Origin: an uncultured archaeon
GTDB taxonomy: Archaea; Micrarchaeota; Micrarchaeia; CABMEP01
DNA: 44,244 nt
Assembly: GCA_902385155.1 (NCBI GenBank)
Contig: CABMEP010000051.1
Location: 1 to 44,244 of the forward strand
Direction: 5' to 3'
The notes beneath the pieces are model-generated. The model was not told the DNA's origin. It saw only the letters and a program-made list of their open reading frames with translations, and made no database searches. This document shows positions 1 to 9,405 of the stretch, in pieces. Positions within the stretch are counted from its first letter, which is position 1; the number at the start of each line of letters is the position of its first letter. Both the position numbers and the translations under genes were made by a program.

Positions 1-348
1 ATCGGGTTCAGCGCGGCATTCGGCGCGCCGTTCCTGTACACGGTGTCGATCAAGCTGATCGACCTGTTCTCGAAGATGTGGGCGTTCCAGCCGTACTCCG
101 GGGCCACGACGCAGTTCGTGCAGCTCAAGCCCGTGTCGCCGGGCCTGACGACCGCGGAGTTCTCGCTGTTCGCCCTCTCCCTCGTGATAGTGACCGGATT
201 CATAGCATCCATGATCATCGCGGTGATCCAGACCGGAAGGAAGTCGAACTTCATCAAGTACATACTCCCGTTCCTCGCGGCGTCGCTGTTCGTCTTCTAT
301 GCCGGGCGCCTCGTGATCGACAGCCTCTTCGGCAGCGTGTCCCTCTGA
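1..348 (+). CDS. 3' part of a membrane protein, probably type II/IV secretion system F (TadC/PilC-like); truncated at window start
   Basis: Frame is open from base 1 (IGFSAAFGAPFLYTVSIKL...) with three hydrophobic segments. The 'AAFGAPFL..S' pattern resembles archaeal T2SSF C-termini. Confidence 0.55.
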   Translation: MGFSAAFGAPFLYTVSIKLIDLFSKMWAFQPYSGATTQFVQLKPVSPGLTTAEFSLFALSLVIVTGFIASMIIAVIQTGRKSNFIKYILPFLAASLFVFYAGRLVIDSLFGSVSL

Positions 349-401
349 TGGCTCTGACAGTAGAGCAGAATCTTGTTGGCTTCTATTCTATCAAAAAAGA
401 G

Positions 402-971
402 TCACTGTTGGTCCTGTTTCTGGGTTTCTGAAGGCGCGGCCTCAGTCGCAATAGACGTTTCCTGATTGGCGTTGCCGCCGACCGGGATCTCGCCGAAATA
501 GTTCCTGAACTTCTGGGTGAGCTTGAGCACCTTGGAGTGGCCCTTGATCTCGGTGTGGAGGTATCCCTTCTGCACCAGCTCCGGCACGGCGTCGTAGACG
601 ATCGCGCCGAGCATCCTCGACACTTTCGACTGCAGTATCCCGTCGCGCTGGGCGACGATGGCGAGCACGCGCAGGGCGCGCTTGCTGAGCTCCGTCTCCT
701 GGACGAACGAGCTGACGGTGTCCGTGCGTTCCGGCTTCAGCCTCATGAGGAAGCTCTTGTCCACGCGGATGAACTCTATCCAGCTCCCGCGCTGGGAGTA
801 GATTTCCTGGAGGTTCTTGATTGCGAGCTTTATCGACGCGGCGTCGGCGCCTGTCGCCTTCTCGAGCTCGATGATGGACATCGACTTGGAGGACATGAAT
901 AATACTGCTTCTATTTTCTGCTCGAGGTCCTTCTGCTCTGGGGCGAGCGTGAGCTGGTCACTCTCGGTCAT
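402..971 (-). CDS. scpB: SMC-Scp complex subunit ScpB
   Basis: KIEAVLFMS, ELSKRALRVLAIVA, LxxKGY...LKLTQKFRNYFG motifs. Directly downstream of scpA. ATG at 971 follows a GGTGAGG RBS. Confidence 0.9.
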   Translation of the reverse strand: MTESDQLTLAPEQKDLEQKIEAVLFMSSKSMSIIELEKATGADAASIKLAIKNLQEIYSQRGSWIEFIRVDKSFLMRLKPERTDTVSSFVQETELSKRALRVLAIVAQRDGILQSKVSRMLGAIVYDAVPELVQKGYLHTEIKGHSKVLKLTQKFRNYFGEIPVGGNANQETSIATEAAPSETQKQDQQ

Positions 972-1749
972 CTTCCTCACCCTGCTTCATCTCGGCCGCG
1001 CTGAGCCTGTGGATCAGTATCTCCGAGAAGATGTCGTCCTGCATTATGGAGATCTTGCCTTCCTGGCAGAGATGCAGCAACGGCAGCAGGGTGAGCACCA
1101 GGCTCCTCGCGCCAGCGCGCTTCATCTCGGACAATAAGTATGAGAATGTCAGCCAGCCTTCCTTGTCGGAGAGGTTGGTGATCTGCGATAATACTTCTTT
1201 CATCTCCTTCTCTATATCGTATTCCGGGAGCTTGAATTAAAACATCTTCGGGATGGCGACGCGCTTTACCTCGCGCTTGGTCTCGATCGTGATGGCCTCG
1301 TCCAATGCGACGAGCAAGTCGCTGAGGGTGACTGCCCGTTTTGGCTGCATCCTCATCTTCAGCTGGAGGAGCTGCATCTCGGCGGACTCGCCCGGCATGC
1401 CCTCAAAGACAGTGACGTCTTCATGCGCAGGCTCGGGCTCCTCAAACCTGAAAGACTGAGCCTTGAACCTGAGAAGTATCGATGCCGCGAGTATTACATT
1501 GGCAGGCACGTGGAGGTCCTGGATCTTCATCTTCCTGACCTTGTCTATGTAGCTGTTGGTGATCACGCCGATGTCGATGTTCCACGGGTCCATGCTGTTG
1601 GCTGTGACGATATCGAGCAGCAGCTCGCGCCAAGTCGCCTTGTTGACAAGCTGCTCTATCTGGTCAATGGAAGAGACGTCTACCTGGACATCTGCCTGAG
1701 CATGGCTGATGCCGCCCTCTAGGTCCTCTCTCACTTGCTCTGCCTGCAT
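958..1749 (-). CDS. scpA: Segregation/condensation protein ScpA (kleisin), interrupted by an in-frame TAA at 1237-1239
   Basis: N-part MDPWNIDI...ILAASILLRFKA and C-part LLPLLHLCQEGKISIMQDDIFSEILI lie in one frame: ...ATG TTT TAA TTC AAG CTC CCG GAA TAC GAT ATA GAG... Could be a pseudogene or a base error. Confidence 0.85.
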
Positions 1750-1822
1750 GCCATCACTTGGTCGTGTGTTGTCTGTTGCTTATTTGGTCGCTTTCCGCAC
1801 TGTCCTTAGGATACGATTCGGG

Positions 1823-1830
1823 TTTAAATA
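1823..1830 (-). promoter_or_regulatory. Candidate archaeal TATA box for scpAB
   Basis: TTTAAATA in the AT-rich gap between the rfcS stop and the scpA start. Confidence 0.4.
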
Positions 1831-1874
1831 TCTATCTTTTCCACGTCGGAAAAAGGCTGGAATAAGAAGAGCGA

Positions 1875-2858
1875 TTATTTCAGGTCCGAGTCCTTGCCCG
1901 ACACTGCCAAATAAGCGAGCAGGGCCTCCAGCTGGATGCGCTCGCTCGCGCCCTCCACCATCCTGAACTCGTACTCGCCGATCCTGTCGACAAGGCGGAC
2001 CTTGTCGCGCATGGACAGCTTGTCCCTGCCTATGATGTCCTTGTGGACGGCGAGGAGTATGTCCTGGCCGCTGATGCCGTGGTCTATGAGCAGCTCGTCC
2101 AGCATCTTCCTGGCGTCCATGAACTTGCCCGCGAGCGCCTGATCCACCATCTTGCTGACCTCGATGGGCTTGGCCATGGAGACGATCTTGTAGACCGTGT
2201 CCTCCGTGATCTTCTTGGACGTCAACGACGCTGACTGCAGCGTGTTGATCGCCTTCCTCATGTCCCCTTCCGAAGTCTCTATGAGGGCGTCGCACGCCTT
2301 GCCTTCAACCGTGAGGCCTTCCGCCTTGGCGATCCTGTCCAGGGCCGTCTTGACCTCTTCCTTGGTGAGCGGCTTGAACCTGAATAATGCGCACCTGCTC
2401 TGTATCGGCTCGATTATCTTGCCGGACCAGTTGCAGCTGAGTATGAAACGCGTGCTGGACGAATACATCTCCATCGTCCTGCGGAGGGCCTGCTGCGCCT
2501 CCGGAGTCAGCGCGTCCGCCTCGTCCAGGAATATGATCTTGAACGGCGCGCCGGTCACCGGCGCTGCGCGGGCGAAGTCCTTGATCTTGCCCCTCACGGT
2601 GTCGATGCCGCGCTCGTCGCTCGCGTTGAGCTCGAGTATGTTGTGCTTGTAGTCCTCGCCGTATATGTCGCGCGCGAGGGATATCGCAGCCGTCGTCTTT
2701 CCTGTGCCGGCCGGTCCTGCGAAGAGAAGGTGCGGCATGTTGTACGTCTTCGCGTACTCCGACAGCCTGATGACCACCTCCGGCTGGCCTATGATGTCCT
2801 TGACGGATTTCGGCCTGTAGAGCTCGACCCAGGGAGTGAATTTGCTGTGAGAAACCAT
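1875..2858 (-). CDS. rfcS: Replication factor C small subunit
   Basis: PWVELYRP, GPAGTGKTT, LELNASDERGID, FLDEAD, IQSRC motifs. No intein. Confidence 0.95.
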   Translation of the reverse strand: MVSHSKFTPWVELYRPKSVKDIIGQPEVVIRLSEYAKTYNMPHLLFAGPAGTGKTTAAISLARDIYGEDYKHNILELNASDERGIDTVRGKIKDFARAAPVTGAPFKIIFLDEADALTPEAQQALRRTMEMYSSSTRFILSCNWSGKIIEPIQSRCALFRFKPLTKEEVKTALDRIAKAEGLTVEGKACDALIETSEGDMRKAINTLQSASLTSKKITEDTVYKIVSMAKPIEVSKMVDQALAGKFMDARKMLDELLIDHGISGQDILLAVHKDIIGRDKLSMRDKVRLVDRIGEYEFRMVEGASERIQLEALLAYLAVSGKDSDLK

Positions 2859-2933
2859 AACATGACCTGATGCCGGCAGTTTCCTGCCTGAGGACAATAG
2901 CGAGGTTTCAGGTTTAAAAACTGTTGGTGAGAT

Positions 2934-3266
2934 ATGGATACGATAATCATGAGATTCATCCTTCTAGGATTGAACGTGATAGTGCTGGTGCTGCTGGGCG
3001 CCTACCTGCTGGACTTCATGGGGATAAGCGCCCTCGGGATGAACACCCTGGGCGCGCTGTTCCTCGCGTCGGTGGCCGGGCTGCTGGTAGTTGACCAGAT
3101 GGTGGAGAAGCTGCAGATGACCAACCCATGGATGTATCTCGTTCCGGGAATCGTCGCAGTGGTCGCTCCGGTCATAATCGTGAGGCAGGTCTCTGTCATC
3201 ACGCTGCTCGGAGTGCTCTTCACCGTCCCGGGAATAGTGCTTTTCGTAAGGAAGACCATCAAATGA
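2934..3266 (+). CDS. Small integral membrane hypothetical protein (about 4 TM)
   Basis: GGTGAG RBS, host-like codon usage, four hydrophobic stretches. Confidence 0.75.
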   Translation: MDTIIMRFILLGLNVIVLVLLGAYLLDFMGISALGMNTLGALFLASVAGLLVVDQMVEKLQMTNPWMYLVPGIVAVVAPVIIVRQVSVITLLGVLFTVPGIVLFVRKTIK

Positions 3267-3306
3267 AGTGAACCAACACGCGTCGCCGGATAATGACGCG
3301 CTCGTT

Positions 3307-6276
3307 ATGGTGCGGTATATGGAATCAGATCCCGAAGTGAAGATACTGGAGTTCTGGGAGAAGAACAAGATACAGCAGAAGGCCTACAAGATGAGAGCCA
3401 ACGGGCCGAAGTTCTACATGTGCGACGGACCGCCGTTCGCGACGGGCGGGATCCACGTGGGCACCGCCTGGAACAAGTCCCTCAAGGACGCGGTCTGCAA
3501 GTACAAGATGCTCCAGGGGCACAGCGTCCACATCAGGGCAGGATACGACACCCACGGCCTCCCGATAGAGACGCAGGTGGAGAAGGACCTCGGCGTGAAG
3601 GAGAAGAAGGACATCGAGAACAAGATCGGGATAGAGAAGTTCACCAAGCGCTGCAGGGAGCTCTGCGAGAAGTACATCAAGCTCATGAGCACGCAGTTCA
3701 TCCGCCTCGGGACGTGGATGGACTACGACGACCCGTACATCACTTACACCAACGACTTCATAGAGAGGTCCTGGGCCACGTTCAAGAAAGCCCACGAGAA
3801 AGGACTTCTCTACAACGACGTCTACGTCAACCCGCACTGCCCGAGATGCCAGACCACTCTCGCTAATTACGAATTGGAGTACCACGACATGGTGGACCCC
3901 GCGATATTCGTGAAGTTCAAGGTCGCGGACAAGGAGAAACTGTACCTCGTCGTCTGGACGACAACGCCATGGACGCTCGTCAGCAACGTGGCGGTCATGG
4001 CCCATCCGATCATGCGCTACGTGAAGGCGAAGGTCGGCGAGGAGGAATGGATATTCGCGAAGGAGCGCCTCGGCGCGGTACAGGACGCCGCGGGCGAGAG
4101 CCTAGTCATAGTCGAGGAATTCGCGGGCAAGGACCTCGCAAAGCACAAGTACCAGCACCCTCTCATGGAGGAGGTCAACCGCACGGCCCCGCAGACGGTC
4201 GTAATGTCCGACGAGTTCGTCACGGCGGAGGACGGAAGCGGACTCGTCCACTGCGCCCCGGGCCACGGCCCCGAGGACTACATCATAGGCAAGCGCTACG
4301 AGCTTGAGATATTCAACCCGGTGGCCCCGAATGGAAGGTATACGGAAGCGGCGGGCCAGTTCGCGGGAGAGAACGTGCTGGAAGTCAACGACAAGATCAT
4401 CAAGACACTGAAGGACAAGGGCCTCCTCATCAAGGCGGACAGGATAACACACAGCTATCCGGCGTGCTGGAGATGCAAGACAAAGCTGATCCATCTCTCA
4501 TCCAACCAGTGGTTCATCCGGATCACCAAGATCAAGGACAGGATGTCCTCCGAGGTAGCGAAGACCGTCTGGATACCGGACTTCGCCAACAAGTGGATGT
4601 CCAATTTCGTGGACAGCGCCAAGGACTGGTGCATATCCCGCCAGAGATACTGGGGGATCCCGCTGCCTATCTGGAAGTGCGAGAAGTGCGGCGAGCTCAA
4701 GGTCATAGGATCGGTGGAGGAGCTCGGCAAGAAGCTGCCGGACCTGCACAGGCCGCACATAGACGAGCTCACGTACGACTGCCCCAAGTGCCACGGCATA
4801 ATGAAGAGGGTGCCCGACGTCCTCGACGTCTGGTTCGACTCAGGCAACGCCGTCTGGGCAGGACTCAGGCCGGGCGAGGAGAAGCTCTACCCGACAGACA
4901 TGATCATAGAAGGAAAGGACCAGATCAGGGGATGGTTCTACTCGCTGCTCGGTTCGGGGGTGGTCCTGAACGACGAGATCCCCTACTCGTCGCTCCTCAT
5001 GCACGGCTATGTCGTTGACGAGAAGGGCATGGCGATGCACAAGTCCCTGGGTAATTTCGTGCCGTGGGAGGACGTGATCGCGAAGTATCCCGCCGACGCC
5101 ATCAGGCTGATGGCGCTCAGCAATGTCACCTGGGACGACCTCAGGTTCAACTGGAACGAGATGAACGAGGCCAAGAGCGAGCTCGTCACGGTCATCAACA
5201 TCGGCACCTACCTGGAGCGATTCTACGTTCCTGCCGCGAAGCAGGCGGAGTCGGTGGAGGACGAATGGCTCTCCTCCCGCCTCAACTCGCTGATAAAGAA
5301 CGCGACGGCGGACATGGACAAGGGAGAGACCTACGCCGCGCTCAGGAAGGTCAGGAAGTTCATAGTCGGCGACGTCAGCAGGTTCTACATGAAGCTCATC
5401 AAGAAGAGGACCGACATCAACGTCCTCCACGAGTCCGTGCTGAAGGCGCTCGTGCTCGCGTCGCCGTTCATACCGTTCACCACGGAAGGGCTCTACCGCA
5501 AAGTCTACGCCAAGGGCAAGGACATGCCGGAGAGCGTCTATCTCCACAGCTGGCCGAAGGCCGACGAGGGAGAGATAGACCTCCTGCTCGAGAAGCAGAT
5601 GAGCATGGCGCAGGAGATAGTCGACGCCAGCAACAGCGTCCGCGCCGAGAAGGCGGTGAAGCTCAGGTGGCCGCTCGAAGAGATAATCGTCGCCACGAAG
5701 ATGACGGAAGTGAAGGACGCGGTCCACAGGACGGACAACGTCATCAGGATGCTCGCCAACGTGAGGAAGGTGGTCACGGACTCGACGATCCAGATAGACC
5801 TCTCGGAGAAGGCGGCAAGCAAGCTCGGAGAGGATGTGGTCGCCAAGATAGACGCCGTGAGGAAGAAGAATGAGGCGGACTTCTTCAAGGGGGTCATCGT
5901 GATAGACGGCAAGGAGCACGATTACAGGGAATTCATAACGGTCGACAGGAAAGGATACTCGTGCAAGGCGATGCCATGGGGCGTCCTGCTGCTGAAGACG
6001 GAGATCAGCGAGGAGCTGAAGATGGAAGGCCTCCTCAGCGAGGTCCGCAGGCGCATACAGTCCATGAGGAAGGAGGCCGGCCTGGTGGAGAAGGACCAGA
6101 TCACAGTCCACATATCCGGAAGCAGGATCATCAAGGACATCGTGGCCAAGCACGGCGACGCCATAAAAGGCGAAGTCAACGCCAAGGAGATACTCACCGA
6201 GGCGGGCGGCAAGCACAAGAAGACCTGGGATGTCGACGACGAGAAGGTCACTGTCGGGATCACGCCTTTGAAGTGA
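3307..6276 (+). CDS. ileS: Isoleucine--tRNA ligase (archaeal/eukaryotic type)
   Basis: DGPPFATG, HVGT (HIGH), GYDTHGLPIE, WTTTPWTL, GSGLVHCAPGHG, DWCISRQRYWG, EGKDQIRGWF, AMHKS (KMSKS variant). Confidence 0.96.
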   Translation: MVRYMESDPEVKILEFWEKNKIQQKAYKMRANGPKFYMCDGPPFATGGIHVGTAWNKSLKDAVCKYKMLQGHSVHIRAGYDTHGLPIETQVEKDLGVKEKKDIENKIGIEKFTKRCRELCEKYIKLMSTQFIRLGTWMDYDDPYITYTNDFIERSWATFKKAHEKGLLYNDVYVNPHCPRCQTTLANYELEYHDMVDPAIFVKFKVADKEKLYLVVWTTTPWTLVSNVAVMAHPIMRYVKAKVGEEEWIFAKERLGAVQDAAGESLVIVEEFAGKDLAKHKYQHPLMEEVNRTAPQTVVMSDEFVTAEDGSGLVHCAPGHGPEDYIIGKRYELEIFNPVAPNGRYTEAAGQFAGENVLEVNDKIIKTLKDKGLLIKADRITHSYPACWRCKTKLIHLSSNQWFIRITKIKDRMSSEVAKTVWIPDFANKWMSNFVDSAKDWCISRQRYWGIPLPIWKCEKCGELKVIGSVEELGKKLPDLHRPHIDELTYDCPKCHGIMKRVPDVLDVWFDSGNAVWAGLRPGEEKLYPTDMIIEGKDQIRGWFYSLLGSGVVLNDEIPYSSLLMHGYVVDEKGMAMHKSLGNFVPWEDVIAKYPADAIRLMALSNVTWDDLRFNWNEMNEAKSELVTVINIGTYLERFYVPAAKQAESVEDEWLSSRLNSLIKNATADMDKGETYAALRKVRKFIVGDVSRFYMKLIKKRTDINVLHESVLKALVLASPFIPFTTEGLYRKVYAKGKDMPESVYLHSWPKADEGEIDLLLEKQMSMAQEIVDASNSVRAEKAVKLRWPLEEIIVATKMTEVKDAVHRTDNVIRMLANVRKVVTDSTIQIDLSEKAASKLGEDVVAKIDAVRKKNEADFFKGVIVIDGKEHDYREFITVDRKGYSCKAMPWGVLLLKTEISEELKMEGLLSEVRRRIQSMRKEAGLVEKDQITVHISGSRIIKDIVAKHGDAIKGEVNAKEILTEAGGKHKKTWDVDDEKVTVGITPLK

Positions 6277-6280
6277 TGAT

Positions 6281-6589
6281 ATGGCGTTCGTGCTCGTATA
6301 CATCACGCACAAGAACAAAGCTGAGGCCAGGAAAGTGGTCTCCCGCCTCCTGAAGAGAAGGCTGGTCGCCTGCGCCAACATATTCCCCATTGAAAGCCAC
6401 TACCGGTGGAAAGGCAGGATAGAACAGGCCAAGGAGATCGTAACGGTCCTCAAGACCAAAAAGGAGAATTGGAACAAAGTGAGGGCGGAAGTGGAGAGGA
6501 TCCATCCGTACGAAGTGCCCTGCATCATGAGACTGGATGCCGAGGCGAACCCATCCTACGAATCCTGGATTAGAAAAGAAACTAGATGA
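6281..6589 (+). CDS. cutA: Divalent-cation tolerance protein CutA
   Basis: RLVACANIFPIESHYRWKG and HPYEVPCI motifs. Confidence 0.93.
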   Translation: MAFVLVYITHKNKAEARKVVSRLLKRRLVACANIFPIESHYRWKGRIEQAKEIVTVLKTKKENWNKVRAEVERIHPYEVPCIMRLDAEANPSYESWIRKETR

Positions 6590-6603
6590 ATATAGTTAAC
6601 AAT

Positions 6604-7329
6604 TCAAAGTAGCGTATCTTTTTGTATTCTCATTACAAAATCATATCGCTGATTGCGTTTAGAATCAATTTGAATTTCGAAGGTATAATCTTTAATCGTC
6701 TTAGCGATTTCAGATATAGCTTGAGACGCGATTGATTGTGGTTTTTGTCCTCGGCTAAATACAATTACAGCATTAGGGAGAGTTATCAGTCTTATCTCTA
6801 GCGCTTTTGATACTTCTTTAATGGTTGATTCAGACTTAACAAAAATAACATACCGATCTATATCAGTGAGCACAGTTTGGACTCCGTTTTCTAATTCTTT
6901 CTCATTCGAAGTGGTTCCCAATAAAAGATTGATATATCGAGTAAATGTTCCAGTTAAAACTAATTCTGCAACATGAAGACCAGATTTACCGAATTCACTT
7001 AGGATTACTTGTTTGAGATGATCCTGTTTCTTTCTGTTTCCTCTCTCTTCCAATCTCATTAGTGCAAATCCCATCTCAATCTGAAGGCGAATATTTCGGT
7101 TCTTAATGTATTTACGGAATAGTTCGAATTCTGGTTTTTGTCTCTCACTTTTGACAACGTTTATGGTTTCTTGATCTCCAATAAAGGCTAATTCTCCATT
7201 TTGAAATCGTTTGATTAGGTCTTTTATCTGAGTTGAACTTAAGACAGCTTCAGTAACGCCTTTAGCTACTCCTTTAGCTGCACTTTCAACTGGATCAGGT
7301 GAAAACGAGCCTTCAGAGGACATCTCCAT
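6604..7329 (-). CDS. Hypothetical protein in AT-rich islet
   Basis: 241-aa ORF with A/T-ending codons, overlapping the upstream small ORF. Start could be 7323. Confidence 0.75.
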   Translation of the reverse strand: MEMSSEGSFSPDPVESAAKGVAKGVTEAVLSSTQIKDLIKRFQNGELAFIGDQETINVVKSERQKPEFELFRKYIKNRNIRLQIEMGFALMRLEERGNRKKQDHLKQVILSEFGKSGLHVAELVLTGTFTRYINLLLGTTSNEKELENGVQTVLTDIDRYVIFVKSESTIKEVSKALEIRLITLPNAVIVFSRGQKPQSIASQAISEIAKTIKDYTFEIQIDSKRNQRYDFVMRIQKDTLL

Positions 7330-7555
7330 ACTCCTCTAAATAAGAAGCGATACTTAGTTCATTATCATCAAGAATTAGTGTGCTTCCAGGAAGAATAAGC
7401 ATGTTTGAAATTTTAACTTCTACGTTGGCATATTTGTCCTTAACTCTGTTACCTAATGAATCAACAACATATTCGCCGTGAACACCGTAGCCCAATTGCT
7501 TAAGTAGCTCTACTTTAACGGGCTTAGGCAGACTTTTAATAGATATTTTTTCCAT
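7313..7555 (-). CDS. Small hypothetical protein in AT-rich islet
   Basis: 80-aa ORF, A/T-rich codons, 17-nt overlap with the next ORF. Confidence 0.7.
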   Translation of the reverse strand: MEKISIKSLPKPVKVELLKQLGYGVHGEYVVDSLGNRVKDKYANVEVKISNMLILPGSTLILDDNELSIASYLEEYGDVL

Positions 7556-7613
7556 GGCTGTCGCCTAGATAACCTTACAACTGCGCCTTCCTTTTAAAGA
7601 TATCGGTTAGCAA

Positions 7614-7793
7614 TTACATCGACTTGTACTTGCTTCTCTTGTCCAGGTTGCTCCAGCAGTCCTTGCAGATGACGAGATGCTTCGTCTTCTCCGGCTTCTT
7701 GGAGGACTTGGTGCAGTTGACGCAGACATTCCTGTCGCAGAAGATGTCCTTCTCTAAGAAGTGGACTTCCTTCTTGCATCGTTCGCACATCAT
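7614..7793 (-). CDS. Small Cys-rich (zinc-finger-like) protein, 59 aa; not in the ORF track
   Basis: Translated by hand: MMCERCKKEVHFLEKDIFCDRNVCVNCTKSSKKPEKTKHLVICKDCWSNLDKRSKYKSM*. GGTGA RBS, host-like codons. Confidence 0.8.
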   Translation of the reverse strand: MMCERCKKEVHFLEKDIFCDRNVCVNCTKSSKKPEKTKHLVICKDCWSNLDKRSKYKSM

Positions 7794-7959
7794 GAAATCA
7801 CCATAAACTGTCAGTCGCTGTCTCTGGCATAGACCAGAATAAGGATGACGCTACTAGAAGGTAGAGAAGGTATAAAAGCATATTCACGCAAGCTTATTTC
7901 ACTCATTCCTGACGCGACCAACGACAGGACCAGAACCATCACCAGCAAAGGCGACACAC

Positions 7960-8406
7960 ATGAAAGACGTATCAAATATCTCCAAGTCGTTCACCTGCGA
8001 GTGCGGAACGGTGAACAAGTTCGAGTTCGAGACTGATTTTGACGTGCATGACGTCACCATGGTGGTGCGCTGCCAGGAATGCAACCGGGAGAAGAATATC
8101 AGCATGCTCAGCTTCTTCAAGCGGAACGCCCCGGGAATGGACCAGCCGTTCAGCCCGCTCGCGAGCCCGGCCCAGCCCATGAGCCAGTCCATATTCAGCG
8201 ACGCGATCATACCGATGGGAGACATGATCGCGGGCATGGAACCGCAGCAGGAGCAGCAGGCTGCGCCGCAGGGAAGCGTCATAGACCTGCTCAGCCCACC
8301 GGTCGTGACGCAGCAGAAACCACAACAGGCCCGGGAATCCGACGAGGATGACGACCTGTCCTACGAGGAGAAGGAAGCGTTCTCCGATCTCTTCGGCAAG
8401 CTCTGA
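7960..8406 (+). CDS. Hypothetical protein with N-terminal Zn-ribbon-like motif and disordered acidic tail
   Basis: CECG...CQEC, then a Q/P-rich linker and an acidic C-terminus. Host-like codons. Confidence 0.75.
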   Translation: MKDVSNISKSFTCECGTVNKFEFETDFDVHDVTMVVRCQECNREKNISMLSFFKRNAPGMDQPFSPLASPAQPMSQSIFSDAIIPMGDMIAGMEPQQEQQAAPQGSVIDLLSPPVVTQQKPQQARESDEDDDLSYEEKEAFSDLFGKL

Positions 8407-8437
8407 TCCGCTCTCGTCCGCTTTTTGATCAAAAGGG

Positions 8438-9259
8438 CTAGATACGCTGCCAGACGCCGAACATCTGATAGTCGCAGCATGCCTGCCTGTCTAATCTGCG
8501 TCCGAGGCCGGCGCAGCCCGCCCGCCTGAACATCGAGCCGTTTTCTATCTCCCAGGTCCCGATATCGAAATGTGTCGGGTGGATCAGCAGGAACCCGCCC
8601 GGCGCCAGCACCCTGTGTATCTCCCTTAACGCGTCCGAGTCCCTTATTCCGTCGAGAGGGATCATCGCCAGGGCGTATGAGGAGACCACGGCGTCGAAGA
8701 ACCCGTCAGCGAATGGAAGCGAGTACCCATTGCCCTCTCCGCTCGGGACAACGAGGTTCCTCACCCCGAAGAACGTGCCGATGGATACCGCGAACTCGTC
8801 CGTGTCGGCGCCCCAGGAATCGAGCCCCAGGTCTTTCCTCATCCAGGCCGCAAGCCAGCCGACATTGCAGCAGAAGTCGAGAACCTTGCCCACTTTGCTG
8901 CCCAGAGGGCAACGGTGGAACCTGGCGATCCCGTCGAGCACGGGCGACTGGGTGTCCAAGAGCTCTCCGTGGGACAGCGCCGTGACCCCGCCGAACGCGG
9001 CCTCCCAGCAGCCGACGGGCCTCGCGACATCGAGGAAGGGCAGCCTGCGCCCTATGCTCTCCTCGAACGCGATCAGCTCTCCGATATCGGCGCAGCCGTA
9101 CTGCTCCCTGCTGAAGAAGAACGCTAGATCGGAGAACAGCTTGCGCCTCGCCTTCTCGTCAGCGATGTCGTTGATGCTCTCGAGCTTGGGCAACAGGCTG
9201 CGGGCGAGCCGCCTCTGCTCGCTCACGCCCGACATGGCGCGACCGCCCATCTTTTCCAT
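8438..9259 (-). CDS. Class I SAM-dependent methyltransferase (divergent)
   Basis: KVLDFCCNVG (atypical motif I), LPFADGFFDAVVS, LREIHRVLAPGG. Start uncertain (9259, 9250 or 9235). Confidence 0.75.
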   Translation of the reverse strand: MEKMGGRAMSGVSEQRRLARSLLPKLESINDIADEKARRKLFSDLAFFFSREQYGCADIGELIAFEESIGRRLPFLDVARPVGCWEAAFGGVTALSHGELLDTQSPVLDGIARFHRCPLGSKVGKVLDFCCNVGWLAAWMRKDLGLDSWGADTDEFAVSIGTFFGVRNLVVPSGEGNGYSLPFADGFFDAVVSSYALAMIPLDGIRDSDALREIHRVLAPGGFLLIHPTHFDIGTWEIENGSMFRRAGCAGLGRRLDRQACCDYQMFGVWQRI

Positions 9260-9405
9260 GTGATAGTGGGGCGTTTGGCGTATATAACCCTGCCGAGAAA
9301 GGAGGAAAACGGGACTCGTGCCCCTAGCCCGGGCCGATGCGAGCCAGGTCGGGAACGGGAGCCGAGGTCGCTCCAATTTTAAATCTTTAACTCCCATCTC
9401 ATACC

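Noticed and set aside
4840..6390. Long antisense ORFs, e.g. 516 aa opposite ileS, 521 aa at 13279-14844, 444 aa at 29429-30763, 337 aa at 36546-37559
   Set aside because: Shadow frames from high GC3 codon bias opposite well-supported genes. They have no motifs.
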